A stretch of 64,000 nt of DNA, taken from a virus. Its lineage: Duplodnaviria > Caudoviricetes. The notes under the pieces were generated by a model. That model was not told the origin of the DNA, did not search any database, and saw nothing but the letters and a program-made list of their open reading frames with translations. Each line of letters begins with the position of its first letter. The stretch's first letter is position 1. The position numbers and the translations under genes were made by a program. Below are positions 33,826 through 42,778 of this stretch, piece after piece. The stretch lies in IMG/VR virus record IMGVR_UViG_3300009183_000045. One strand, 5' to 3'.

Positions 33826-34141
33826 CTTTGAGCCTCTCTTTAATTTCATGCACGTCTACCTCTGGCTCCGGAAAGAATCCCAACACCGGACTTTTTCCTA
33901 ACATGGTTCCTACAAGAAGGACTTCTTCCATAGGCTTCAATTTCCACACACCTGTCTTCCTATCAAACTCGGCATAATCTGCTGCGATGAGACGGGTCTT
34001 CCAGGCGGATTCTTTGTCTTCTAGTCCGTGTGTATAGCCCTTGATGTATCCACTAACTTGAGACTGTACTCCGATCAATACAGCCAAGGAGATACCAGCG
34101 ACACCTTTGATATAAGGCAAACTCTTTTTAAATTCAATCAT
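33809..34141 (-). CDS. Membrane-anchored hypothetical protein
   Basis: Hydrophobic N-terminal segment; preceded by a TTCCC promoter. Confidence 0.6.
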   Translation of the reverse strand: MIEFKKSLPYIKGVAGISLAVLIGVQSQVSGYIKGYTHGLEDKESAWKTRLIAADYAEFDRKTGVWKLKPMEEVLLVGTMLGKSPVLGFFPEPEVDVHEIKERLKVKARK

Positions 34142-34147
34142 GTTTAT

Positions 34148-34170
34148 ATTCTAGTAGAGGTTTGTGGGAA
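34148..34170 (-). promoter_or_regulatory. TTCCC-N12-TAGAAT promoter
   Basis: 6 nt before ATG 34141. Confidence 0.7.
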
Positions 34171-34179
34171 CGACCCGAT

Positions 34180-35091
34180 TTACTTTGACACTGCGGTCCA
34201 AACGGTCGACGCACTCCGACCGTTCTTAACAACGAGCCCGGCATTGACTAGATCTTTCATTACCTTCTGGACCTTGGATACATCCCCGATGACCTCTGCA
34301 GCCTCCGCGGAGTTAATACTGCCTTGCTTTTTAATATGAGCCAGCACAGAATCCACAGCCACCTGGGATTTAGACTTGGTAGGTTTTTCATCATCCGAAA
34401 TTCCTACAGATTCAAAAGAAAATCCACTCTCGGTCATGGGAAACGCGGTTGTACCCGTACGACCGAAACGATTCTTGGTCACTTCAATTTCACGCACGGT
34501 TTCATCTTCTTCTGAAACTCGAAGCATAATGTTAGAATCAACACTATGAGGTAAAAGCGTCGAACCTTTATACTTTCCCTGCTTGGTAATATGGAGAATA
34601 ATTCCTACCACTACTTCGAGCTCCTTAGCACGAGCGGTGATGTAATTGGAAAGGTATTCTTCTTTCCGTTTACCCTCCAATCCAGAACGGGTCTCCAAAG
34701 AGGGAAGAGAATCGAGAACGATCATCTTATACCCACCTTCTTTTACTGCATCAAAGATATCTTCAACCACCGTAACATTTGCGATCGTAATATTCTTAAG
34801 ATTCAAACGCTTGGCTGCAAACGCCACCTGATAGATAGATTCTTCGCCAGAGACATAAGCGGTCTTCTTACCAGACTTTTCAAGCAACTCCAGGGTCTGG
34901 AGAAGCAAGGTGGTCTTACCTGCTCCCGGCTCACCTGCTAGGGTAAAGGTCTGACCAGGAAGAAATCCTTCACCTCCAAGAGCGAAATCTAAATCTTCAA
35001 TTCCGGTCTTAAAACGGCGATAGAAGATTTCTGGAATTTCTACCTCACTTACTTTCTGGAACCCACTTGTTGCTTTCATAATTTTCATCAT
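34180..35091 (-). CDS. radA: RadA/Sms-like RecA-fold ATPase lacking the Zn finger and Lon-like domains
   Basis: Walker A GEPGAGKTT, YVSGEES, Walker B VLDS and the KNRFG motif; start inferred from the promoter. Confidence 0.75.
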   Translation of the reverse strand: MMKIMKATSGFQKVSEVEIPEIFYRRFKTGIEDLDFALGGEGFLPGQTFTLAGEPGAGKTTLLLQTLELLEKSGKKTAYVSGEESIYQVAFAAKRLNLKNITIANVTVVEDIFDAVKEGGYKMIVLDSLPSLETRSGLEGKRKEEYLSNYITARAKELEVVVGIILHITKQGKYKGSTLLPHSVDSNIMLRVSEEDETVREIEVTKNRFGRTGTTAFPMTESGFSFESVGISDDEKPTKSKSQVAVDSVLAHIKKQGSINSAEAAEVIGDVSKVQKVMKDLVNAGLVVKNGRSASTVWTAVSK

Positions 35092-35097
35092 GTAATA

Positions 35098-35120
35098 ATA
35101 ATAGAGGATCTTAGAGGGAA
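35098..35120 (-). promoter_or_regulatory. TTCCC-N12-TATTAT promoter
   Basis: 6 nt before ATG 35091. Confidence 0.7.
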
Positions 35121-35182
35121 GCTCCCGCGATTTCCTCACGATGCTCATCTTGAGCTTTGTGATTGTTGGAGTTCTTCTTCAT
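35111..35182 (-). CDS. 23-aa micro-ORF MKKNSNNHKAQDEHREEIAGASL
   Basis: Read by hand; follows its own TTCCC-N12-TAAGAT promoter. Confidence 0.35.
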   Translation of the reverse strand: MKKNSNNHKAQDEHREEIAGASL

Positions 35183-35191
35183 CCTGTAATA

Positions 35192-35214
35192 ATCTTAGGA
35201 GAGGTTGTGGGGAA
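35192..35214 (-). promoter_or_regulatory. TTCCC-N12-TAAGAT promoter
   Basis: 9 nt before ATG 35182. Confidence 0.55.
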
Positions 35215-35234
35215 CTTCAAGATCTTTTTTAGAG

Positions 35235-35263
35235 TTGACTTCCCTTCAAATAGGATCTATCTT
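35235..35263 (+). promoter_or_regulatory. TTGACT-N17-TATCTT promoter containing TTCCC
   Basis: 6 nt before ATG 35270. Confidence 0.7.
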
Positions 35264-35269
35264 AAAATT

Positions 35270-35482
35270 ATGCATTGGAAACACCGGGAAATTACCTTAG
35301 AAAGACTAAGACAAACTGTAGAGAGAAGCCAGCAAGATCTGTCCAAACTTTTGTTAGAGGGAATTCTGGCAAAGCAACTAGATTCAGTGGAATATTACAA
35401 AGCACAAAGTCTCCTCACGGCACGCCTAAACATGTCTAAAAAAGACTTAGAAGCTTGGTTAGACATTCCCCGTTCCTTCTGA
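35270..35482 (+). CDS. Hypothetical protein (start MHWKHRE)
   Basis: ATG 6 nt after TTGACT-N17-TATCTT. Confidence 0.6.
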   Translation: MHWKHREITLERLRQTVERSQQDLSKLLLEGILAKQLDSVEYYKAQSLLTARLNMSKKDLEAWLDIPRSF

Positions 35483-35528
35483 TAATATATAAACATGATT
35501 GAATCCTTTATTTGCATTAAGTATTAAT

Positions 35529-35651
35529 ATGGGAAAGAAACACAATTCCGCTGATGATGGAATCCCTGCTGAAGCCTTCCTTTTTTTTCTTTCCGTTCTC
35601 TTAATACAAATAATTATTTTTACTGGAATAATGATCAGGGTAAGTCTTTAG
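35529..35651 (+). CDS. 40-aa single-TM membrane protein
   Basis: Read by hand: MGKKHNSADDGIPAEAFLFFLSVLLIQIIIFTGIMIRVSL. Confidence 0.5.
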   Translation: MGKKHNSADDGIPAEAFLFFLSVLLIQIIIFTGIMIRVSL

Positions 35652-35653
35652 GA

Positions 35654-35659
35654 TAAATA
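35654..35659 (+). promoter_or_regulatory. T4-late-like promoter TAAATA
   Basis: 6 nt before ATG 35666. Confidence 0.6.
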
Positions 35660-35665
35660 TATTAT

Positions 35666-36055
35666 ATGCGCACAAAAGATCACATCGGATTAGAAAAAGT
35701 TTATTCATTGATAATGGAATCCAGAGCCGCTGGAGCCGAAAGTCAAGTTGCTGGAGAAAGTGCTAAAGCATTGGCTATAGAAAAGACTTTAATCAAATCC
35801 ATTACAGAAGATTTGAATACAACTGCTGCTCATCTTCAGAATATTCAACCGTTAATTGGAACCTTTGAAGAAGGAGCCTTAGGAGAAGATTTTCAATCTT
35901 TGATGACCGCCATTCAGTCCGTTCAAGCGGCAGCAGAGTCTTTGCAGGGAAGAATGCCCGAAGAAGAAGAATCTGTTGAAGGAGAAGGCGAAGGCGGCGA
36001 AGTTCCTTCGGATTTCCCTGAAAACGGCGGAGAAGGTGAAATGCCTCCTGTTTAA
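35666..36055 (+). CDS. Late acidic protein with MRTKD N-terminal motif (possible internal head protein)
   Basis: TAAATA 6 nt upstream; N-terminus similar to 47468..48106. Confidence 0.55.
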   Translation: MRTKDHIGLEKVYSLIMESRAAGAESQVAGESAKALAIEKTLIKSITEDLNTTAAHLQNIQPLIGTFEEGALGEDFQSLMTAIQSVQAAAESLQGRMPEEEESVEGEGEGGEVPSDFPENGGEGEMPPV

Positions 36056-36081
36056 TTTCCTATAGAAGCAGTAAAATAATC

Positions 36082-36112
36082 AAAAAAGCCACGGCAAATC
36101 CGTGGCTTTTTT
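36082..36112. terminator. Intrinsic terminator
   Basis: aaaaaagccacgg-caaat-ccgtggctttttt. Confidence 0.9.
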
Positions 36113-36119
36113 GTTGCAC

Positions 36120-36142
36120 TTCCGCCAATTTAAATGTATTAT
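36120..36142 (+). promoter_or_regulatory. TTCCG-N12-TATTAT promoter variant
   Basis: 6 nt before ATG 36149. Confidence 0.6.
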
Positions 36143-36148
36143 AGAGTT

Positions 36149-37153
36149 ATGAAATTAGCAGTCATTGAAAAAATTAATGAACTTCTTCCTATTGAAGGAG
36201 CAGATCGTATTGAATTGGCAGTGGTCCAGGGATGGAAGGCAGTTGTTAAGAAGGGTGAATTCGAAGTAGGACAAATGGTGGTCTTCATTCCTATTGATAC
36301 CGTTATGGAGCCCAGACATTGGAATGAATTCCTCTGGGACAAAGAAGACCCTAGCAAACCCATCAGAGTAAAGACCGTCAAACTTCGAGGACAAGTATCT
36401 CAGGGTCTTGTGTTCTCCGTTAAAATCACTGGTACTATCTGGCAAGTGATGGGCAATGATGTTTCCGAGACTTTAGGAGTTACCAAATATGAACGCCCGA
36501 TTCCAGCTAGCTTGCAAGGTGAAGTGAGAGGTAGTTTCCCTTCTCACTTGATCAGTCGGACAGATGAAGATAATCTCCTGTCCAATATTAAGGTCTTAGA
36601 AGAGTTGAAAAAAAGTGACTATGTCCAGGTAACTTTAAAAATGGATGGTAGTAGCATGACCGCTCTTAAAACTGCAGAAGGAGAATTTCATGTTTGTTCG
36701 CGCAATTTAGATTTGAAAGAAACAGAAGAGAATTCTTTCTGGAAAGCAGCTAGAATGTATAATCTAGAAGAACAGATTGAACCCGGCACTGCCTTCCAGT
36801 TTGAACTGTGCGGACCTGGAATTCAAAAAAATCTAATAGGATTAAAAGAATTAAGTTTATATTTGTTTAATGCCAAGAACCTTTCATCTGGAGAATACTT
36901 CAACCCAGTATTCAGGCCCAACGAATCGACTATAAAAAGTGTTCCACTTGTTAAGTCTTTCACTGCTGGAGAGATCCTCCAGTTGACTACAGAAGAATTG
37001 CAAGAATTGGCCAATAAACAAAAGTATCCAAGTGGTCTTCCTGCTGAGGGTATTGTTATAAGAGGATTTGATAGCGAAGGTAAATCTAGATACAGCGAGC
37101 ATTTGCAAAAGATGTTAAGTGTTAAGATTATTAATCAAAATTACAAAGATTAA
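36149..37153 (+). CDS. RNA ligase, DRB0094/Rnl2-like family
   Basis: N-terminal IEGADRIELAVVQGWKAVVKKGEF; motif I KMDGSS; FELCG; EGIV. Confidence 0.85.
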   Translation: MKLAVIEKINELLPIEGADRIELAVVQGWKAVVKKGEFEVGQMVVFIPIDTVMEPRHWNEFLWDKEDPSKPIRVKTVKLRGQVSQGLVFSVKITGTIWQVMGNDVSETLGVTKYERPIPASLQGEVRGSFPSHLISRTDEDNLLSNIKVLEELKKSDYVQVTLKMDGSSMTALKTAEGEFHVCSRNLDLKETEENSFWKAARMYNLEEQIEPGTAFQFELCGPGIQKNLIGLKELSLYLFNAKNLSSGEYFNPVFRPNESTIKSVPLVKSFTAGEILQLTTEELQELANKQKYPSGLPAEGIVIRGFDSEGKSRYSEHLQKMLSVKIINQNYKD

Positions 37154-37633
37154 ATGAAATTAATTATTATTAGAGGCATTCCAGGATCTGGAAAAACTAC
37201 ATTAGCTTGCAAACTTAAAGAAGAATTATGGAAAGAAACCTATTTAGTAGCCCATCTTGAAGCTGATATGTATTTTGAAGTTATGGATGTGTTAACTGGG
37301 CACTGGCAATATCGTTTTGATCCCTCTCGATTGAGTGAAGCCCATAAAACGTGTCTACTTGAAACAGAAGTCTCTTTAAAAGATGGTGACAATGTAATAA
37401 TATCAAATACCTTTACACGTATTTCAGAAATGCAACCTTATTTAAAGTTGGCAGATTCTTATCAAGCTGAAATAGAAATTTATGAAATGTCTAATGAGCC
37501 AGTTTTAGAGAAAACTCAAAAGAGCATTCACAATATACCTGATTCTGTTATAGACAAAATGGTAAATCGTTGGGAAGAGTTACCTTCAAATTTAATCCCT
37601 TTCAAAAAATTAACATCAAAGAACATCTCTTAG
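37154..37633 (+). CDS. P-loop kinase (AAA_33/polynucleotide-kinase-like)
   Basis: IIIRGIPGSGKTT, EADMYF, ISNTF, SIHNIP. Confidence 0.8.
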   Translation: MKLIIIRGIPGSGKTTLACKLKEELWKETYLVAHLEADMYFEVMDVLTGHWQYRFDPSRLSEAHKTCLLETEVSLKDGDNVIISNTFTRISEMQPYLKLADSYQAEIEIYEMSNEPVLEKTQKSIHNIPDSVIDKMVNRWEELPSNLIPFKKLTSKNIS

Positions 37634-38118
37634 AGAGGGGTGTGGATTTTAATATTCACACTCCTTCTATTTCAAAAGACTCTGCTACATTTTTTCTTTA
37701 TAATCTCAGTGGTCAAATTGTAGGATACCAACGCTACATGCCTTTAAATTTTAAGAAAAAACGCAATGATGAAATGGGTCGCTACTATACCTATAGATCT
37801 AACAACATCGGTATATTTGGTTTAGAAACTTATACATTAGATTGTCCGTGTGTATTTCTTACAGAAGGCATATTTGATGCTGTAAGATTGACTCGCAGAG
37901 GATGTTGTGCCTTAGCATTGCTATGCAACAATCCGGATAGTTCTTTGTATAATTTTCTGCATTGTCTAGGCAAGCCTCTGGTTAGTGTTTGCGATAAAGA
38001 CATTGGGGGTAGATCTCTAAGAAAAGTTGGTCATTACTTTGAAGAATCACCTGAAAAGGATCTAGGGGTTTCAGACGAATCGTTTGTTGATTATTTAATA
38101 AAAACCTATTACAATTAA
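37570..38118 (+). CDS. Small DNA primase-like TOPRIM protein (start uncertain)
   Basis: LYNLSGQIVGYQRY, IFGLE, FLTEGIFDA, CDKD. Confidence 0.65.
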   Translation: MGRVTFKFNPFQKINIKEHLLERGVDFNIHTPSISKDSATFFLYNLSGQIVGYQRYMPLNFKKKRNDEMGRYYTYRSNNIGIFGLETYTLDCPCVFLTEGIFDAVRLTRRGCCALALLCNNPDSSLYNFLHCLGKPLVSVCDKDIGGRSLRKVGHYFEESPEKDLGVSDESFVDYLIKTYYN

Positions 38119-38121
38119 TAT

Positions 38122-39327
38122 ATGGATAATGAAGTATCAGAGTTGCTGAGAGAATTTGGCAGAGAAGGTCTTTATTCAAAAAAAGAATCTAAGTCTATGA
38201 ACAGAGGTCTTCATAAAGAAAAACTTAAAAGAGACTTTAAACAAAAAATTAAACTGCCAGAAAATTTTCCAAAAGTTACATTCGATTCTCGTCCAGATGG
38301 TATTTGGGAAACTTCTTATATTATAGCATCTCTTTATCATAATAAACCCCTTTCTGAATTTTCTTTTACCCCCTCCCTTTTAGATTATAAACTTTTAAAT
38401 TTCTTAGAAAAGAATGCTATTTGCATTACAAGAAGTACTACAGAAACCTCAGTCGATGCAAATTATCTTTTCTTGTATAAAGAAGTTTTTCTTTTTTTAA
38501 CAATAGGCACAAAAGAAGAAACTGATGACGTTTTATTGATTACAGGTTTAATTGCCTATTATGATATTGAAAAGGGATTACCTTATGAACTTTTTGATAA
38601 GTTTAAAACAGAACCACCAGTAGAAAGATCTAAGATAGGAATTATTAAATCAGGTCGCGGCGGCATGTACGTCTCTAAGATATCTCTTTCACATAATCAA
38701 ACATTTAGTTTTGATCATTACAATGAAGATTTTGCAACATTTGAAAATAATATCACCAATCAATTAGCAGAAAAGAAACCTGGTTTGTTTTTATTTCACG
38801 GAGAACCCGGCACTGGAAAATCATCTGCCATTAGGCATTTAGTAGAAAAAGTCAAAAGAAATTTTATATTCATTCCACCACAAATGATTAGCCATTTGTC
38901 TTCTCCAGAATTTGCCGATATCATTACAGACACTCACAAGGGATCTGTTTTGATTTTAGAAGATGCAGAGAAGGCTTTAATGAAAAGAGAATCAGATGAT
39001 GGATTTTCTAATTCAACGCTCGTGTCTTCTATATTAAACTTGACAGATGGGCTATATGCTGATCTAGGACAATTGGCTATTATTGCTACATATAACTGTG
39101 ATCGTAATCTCATTGATCCCGCCTTGCTTCGCAAAGGACGTCTGAAAGCTGAATATCGTTTTGATAAATTGGATACAGACAGAGCAAAACTCTTAGTAAA
39201 AAAATTGGGCAAGAATCTAAATATTAAGGAACCCAAAACACTAGCAGATATCTTCAATGATGATGAACAATATACAAATAATGAAAAGTCAAAAAAAGAA
39301 CCTATAGGGTTTGGTTTTAGTAGTTAA
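38122..39327 (+). CDS. AAA+ ATPase
   Basis: HGEPGTGKS, LILEDAE, IDPALLRKGRL (second region of homology). Confidence 0.85.
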   Translation: MDNEVSELLREFGREGLYSKKESKSMNRGLHKEKLKRDFKQKIKLPENFPKVTFDSRPDGIWETSYIIASLYHNKPLSEFSFTPSLLDYKLLNFLEKNAICITRSTTETSVDANYLFLYKEVFLFLTIGTKEETDDVLLITGLIAYYDIEKGLPYELFDKFKTEPPVERSKIGIIKSGRGGMYVSKISLSHNQTFSFDHYNEDFATFENNITNQLAEKKPGLFLFHGEPGTGKSSAIRHLVEKVKRNFIFIPPQMISHLSSPEFADIITDTHKGSVLILEDAEKALMKRESDDGFSNSTLVSSILNLTDGLYADLGQLAIIATYNCDRNLIDPALLRKGRLKAEYRFDKLDTDRAKLLVKKLGKNLNIKEPKTLADIFNDDEQYTNNEKSKKEPIGFGFSS

Positions 39328-39332
39328 TTTTT

Positions 39333-40031
39333 ATGGATGAAATAGATTTAAGAACAGATAATTTAAATATTTTTGATCAAAGCAATCTTTCATCCTGTGC
39401 CAGTGTTTCAACCTTAAATTTGTTGCATTATGTTCTTTCTACTCATTTAAACAATTATGAAAAATTTTCTTATATGTTTTCTTATCATGCCGCAAGGCGA
39501 TTAGAGGGAAATGAAAACTTAAATTGTGGAGTTCATATTAGAAGTGTTTTAAAGGCTATAAAACACTACGGAGTTCTTCCTAAAGATTTGTGGAAATATA
39601 AAGAAAAAAAACAAAGACAGGAGATTCTAAATTTGGCTAGTCAATCTATTAAGATGGATAATGTCTTTCCGGTTTTCTTAGATAATAGTAATATAGAAGG
39701 AGTTTATCAAAATTTAAAAAACAAATTACCATTTGTTTTTGGTATAACTATAGATAATTCCTTCTCAGCGGCTGATAAGAATAGGGGAATAGTGTCCTTG
39801 CCCACCAGTGAAGTGGGTAATAGTATATCCGGACATGCTTTATTTGGTTTAGGCATTAAAAAATTTGAAGGTAAATGGTATGTAATAGCCCAAAACAGTA
39901 GAGGAAAAAAATGGGGAGACAACGGTTATTGTTATCTCCCCATTTCATATTTAACAAGTGTTAATTTAACTCCAGAATGTTGGTCTTTTAGTATGACGAA
40001 CCAATATAACCGGTCACTTTTAATTCCTTAG
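39333..40031 (+). CDS. Papain-like C1 cysteine peptidase
   Basis: DQSNLSSCAS (Gln, Cys), GHAL (His), QNSRGKKWGDNGY (Asn). Confidence 0.8.
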   Translation: MDEIDLRTDNLNIFDQSNLSSCASVSTLNLLHYVLSTHLNNYEKFSYMFSYHAARRLEGNENLNCGVHIRSVLKAIKHYGVLPKDLWKYKEKKQRQEILNLASQSIKMDNVFPVFLDNSNIEGVYQNLKNKLPFVFGITIDNSFSAADKNRGIVSLPTSEVGNSISGHALFGLGIKKFEGKWYVIAQNSRGKKWGDNGYCYLPISYLTSVNLTPECWSFSMTNQYNRSLLIP

Positions 40032-42756
40032 GAGCTCCATCTTTTCCAGGCTCTGCAGCCGGTAACATTCCAATTCTTCTCAGGTAATTAGCACTCTGAT
40101 AAAGGCCCCATTTAGATTTTTTTCTAGTTATTATTTTAATAGATCCGTTAATAATAGTTTCAGCAATTCGAACTTCGTCAGAGGTAACAACAAAATTAAT
40201 TGCTTTATTAATAATACCAACCCATAGTCTTTTAGACTGAGCTGCCACGCTTTTAAGATTTAATTTTACATTCGGTAATTTAGACCTATTAATTACCATG
40301 TCGTAAGCTTCTCTAACAATTGTAGTAACCCCCTGAACCACCTTAACAGACCGAGTAATTGGCGATGGGATATAACCTATTACAGTAACCACTTGACTTA
40401 AATTCCATGGAGTTTTTTTGTAGTGATAATCTAATCCGGATCTTTTTACATATTTACTAACAGTCTCCAGCTTACTAACCATGTCCGTAGAATCCGCACC
40501 CGATCCAGCTGCGGCCCTTACGACAGAACTCACTTTTGTCATAGTTCTTCTGCTTTGTTTTTTCTTCTTTGGAATTAGTTTTTTTTGTGGACTACCGAAC
40601 ACACCCAAGCTAGCAAAATAATTATACACATACTCCGCAGTTAAATACATTCCTTTTTGAGTCGGCGTAATTATTACATTACCCGCCGTTTTAGAGAAAC
40701 CTCCACCATTATAATCTGGATAAAGATGTTTTACTGTAGCATAGGTTAAATCTATTCCGTGGTGTGTATTTCCGGATCCCTCTTCATAACCAGCAGGACC
40801 CGCATCCACTAATGGCACAACTACTTCTCTTCCGTTGGCTTGTACCAAGACATGAGGATCTACTTTTAACATCAAAGCCGCATTATATGTTCCCCAAAAC
40901 ATTCTTATAGCTTCCTGGTTAAGAGATATACCGAGTAACTTCGGATCACCAGTTTGGTAACCCAGGCCCTTCGCAATCCTGTCAGGCCTGCTCGGGTTAT
41001 AGAACGCGCCAAGTTGATTATCTGTTTTATCTAGTTTGCCTATGCCATTTAAACCAAATATAGTAGCGTGTCCAGTAAATGATTGAGACTGAACTTTGGG
41101 GTGGGTTGACGCTACAGGCTGCAAATTAGCCTTCCAGCACATCTTACCCCATAGATGAGGGGCTACCCTGTTATAGGCATCCTGCAAAGCCATCTTCCAG
41201 GTATACTTATATTTGCCAAAAACATTTGTTGAATTCCTAAGCATGTGATAAACCTCCGGAGGATTTATCATAGAATATGTTACTGGAGAGTATTTAACAC
41301 CATAGTCCCATTCACAGCAGCTCTCCCCGTCTGCTCCTAAGAAAGTATCTCCAACGTCGCTGGGTGTGTTACATCCTTGATAATCATAGACGAAATTGCA
41401 ACCACCTCGCGTAACCCAAACTTCCATTTGATCGAGATTCTCACCTGTAACATATTTAGAGGCTTTGTAGAATGTTATACCATTTGTCAAAGATACTTGA
41501 TTCAAACCTTCAGAGACCACGTAATTTCCGCATCCAATAGTGTCAGCATCTTCTTGAGAATATAAAGTAAATAATATTGAAAAAATATCTATGTAATACT
41601 TAGAATCAATAGTCTTGTAATACGTTCTGCCTAGACCTATATCTTGACCAACAGAAGCACTACTACTAGTCATAGTAAAGGGGTCGCTATCCTCATGAGG
41701 ATCACCACCGTTAGCCACGTATTCCGGAGTCCAATAATAATTAATAGGTCTGAAGCCGGCTCGTTTATAATCCTCACCATGACGAACAAATAATGTACTA
41801 GGATTTATACAATCTTTAACATATATATCTTTATAAGAAGCGTCTATAGTAGTTAATGGCGTATTATTGCAAAAAGCTTCCCATACTTTAATAAACTTTT
41901 CCATTTTTTCATTGTCTATATCTTTACACACTCCAGTGTCTACGTCTAGGGTTATACAATTTTCTGGATTTGGTACATAGTATCCTTTTGGATAGTAATA
42001 TCCCGTCTCACCATCACCGGCGTCGTAAGACTCTGGTGTGCCTATTTGTATTCCGGGAAATGGAATTGCAGACAAAGGAGTTGGGTGGGAACTATACAAG
42101 TAGTCTGTGTATAAGTAATATTTATCGGTCGTCCTTCCAGAACAAACTCCACTATACTTGCTAAATAGAAAATCAGAACACACCGGAGCTAGTTGTAAAC
42201 TATAACTATCTGTGTTTAATATTTCAGAAGCTATTTGATGTATTTCGTCTGACCCTTCATCTGTGTCTGGCGGTCTATTAAACGGATCTACATCATCCCA
42301 GCAAATAAAATCATCTCCAGGCACAGACCAATTATCACCTGCAGTTTCTGGATATATATCATCTCCTCCAGCTATAGAAGGCAACAGTTCTAATATTGTG
42401 GCATTTTGGTTTGTATCAACTTCCCTTCCAGGAGCAACATCATTTTCGTCTTGGGGTTCATTTCCAGTTGGTATAGGATGTGCTGCAAGCCACTCTTCAA
42501 TTGTCTGAGGTGAAGGAGCATCTACAATCTCTCCATCCCGTTCATACTGGGTGGCTGAATCAACACTGCCCTCATCTATTGAATCACCTTCAAAACTGAC
42601 AGTATCGGTTACATGCCCGGTGTTAGTAGAAGAATCTTGAAAAGTGGCATCCGTCACTTCGCCATCATTAATGCTGGTGCCCTGAAACAGACCAGTATCA
42701 ACCTCTCCACTATTGACCGAATTATTTATAAAAGTAGCAGTTCCGTAAATAGGCAT
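39988..42756 (-). CDS. Large late protein: N-terminal F.d.S.N.G.V repeats and an RlpA-like double-psi beta-barrel near the C-terminus
   Basis: VLVQANGREVVVPLVDAGPA...GIDLTY; TAAGTA 6 nt upstream. Confidence 0.5.
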   Translation of the reverse strand: MPIYGTATFINNSVNSGEVDTGLFQGTSINDGEVTDATFQDSSTNTGHVTDTVSFEGDSIDEGSVDSATQYERDGEIVDAPSPQTIEEWLAAHPIPTGNEPQDENDVAPGREVDTNQNATILELLPSIAGGDDIYPETAGDNWSVPGDDFICWDDVDPFNRPPDTDEGSDEIHQIASEILNTDSYSLQLAPVCSDFLFSKYSGVCSGRTTDKYYLYTDYLYSSHPTPLSAIPFPGIQIGTPESYDAGDGETGYYYPKGYYVPNPENCITLDVDTGVCKDIDNEKMEKFIKVWEAFCNNTPLTTIDASYKDIYVKDCINPSTLFVRHGEDYKRAGFRPINYYWTPEYVANGGDPHEDSDPFTMTSSSASVGQDIGLGRTYYKTIDSKYYIDIFSILFTLYSQEDADTIGCGNYVVSEGLNQVSLTNGITFYKASKYVTGENLDQMEVWVTRGGCNFVYDYQGCNTPSDVGDTFLGADGESCCEWDYGVKYSPVTYSMINPPEVYHMLRNSTNVFGKYKYTWKMALQDAYNRVAPHLWGKMCWKANLQPVASTHPKVQSQSFTGHATIFGLNGIGKLDKTDNQLGAFYNPSRPDRIAKGLGYQTGDPKLLGISLNQEAIRMFWGTYNAALMLKVDPHVLVQANGREVVVPLVDAGPAGYEEGSGNTHHGIDLTYATVKHLYPDYNGGGFSKTAGNVIITPTQKGMYLTAEYVYNYFASLGVFGSPQKKLIPKKKKQSRRTMTKVSSVVRAAAGSGADSTDMVSKLETVSKYVKRSGLDYHYKKTPWNLSQVVTVIGYIPSPITRSVKVVQGVTTIVREAYDMVINRSKLPNVKLNLKSVAAQSKRLWVGIINKAINFVVTSDEVRIAETIINGSIKIITRKKSKWGLYQSANYLRRIGMLPAAEPGKDGAPKELKVTGYIGSSY

Positions 42757-42778
42757 ATAATTTACTTATCTTCATCTG

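Noticed and set aside
35581-35588. Poly-T tract as a phase-variation or frameshift site
   Set aside because: T8 keeps the 40-aa membrane ORF in frame, and such runs are expected in AT-rich DNA.
20825-39327. vWA protein plus AAA ATPase as a MoxR-vWA chaperone system
   Set aside because: The genes are over 12 kb apart in different expression classes, and the ATPase has a classical AAA second region of homology rather than MoxR motifs.
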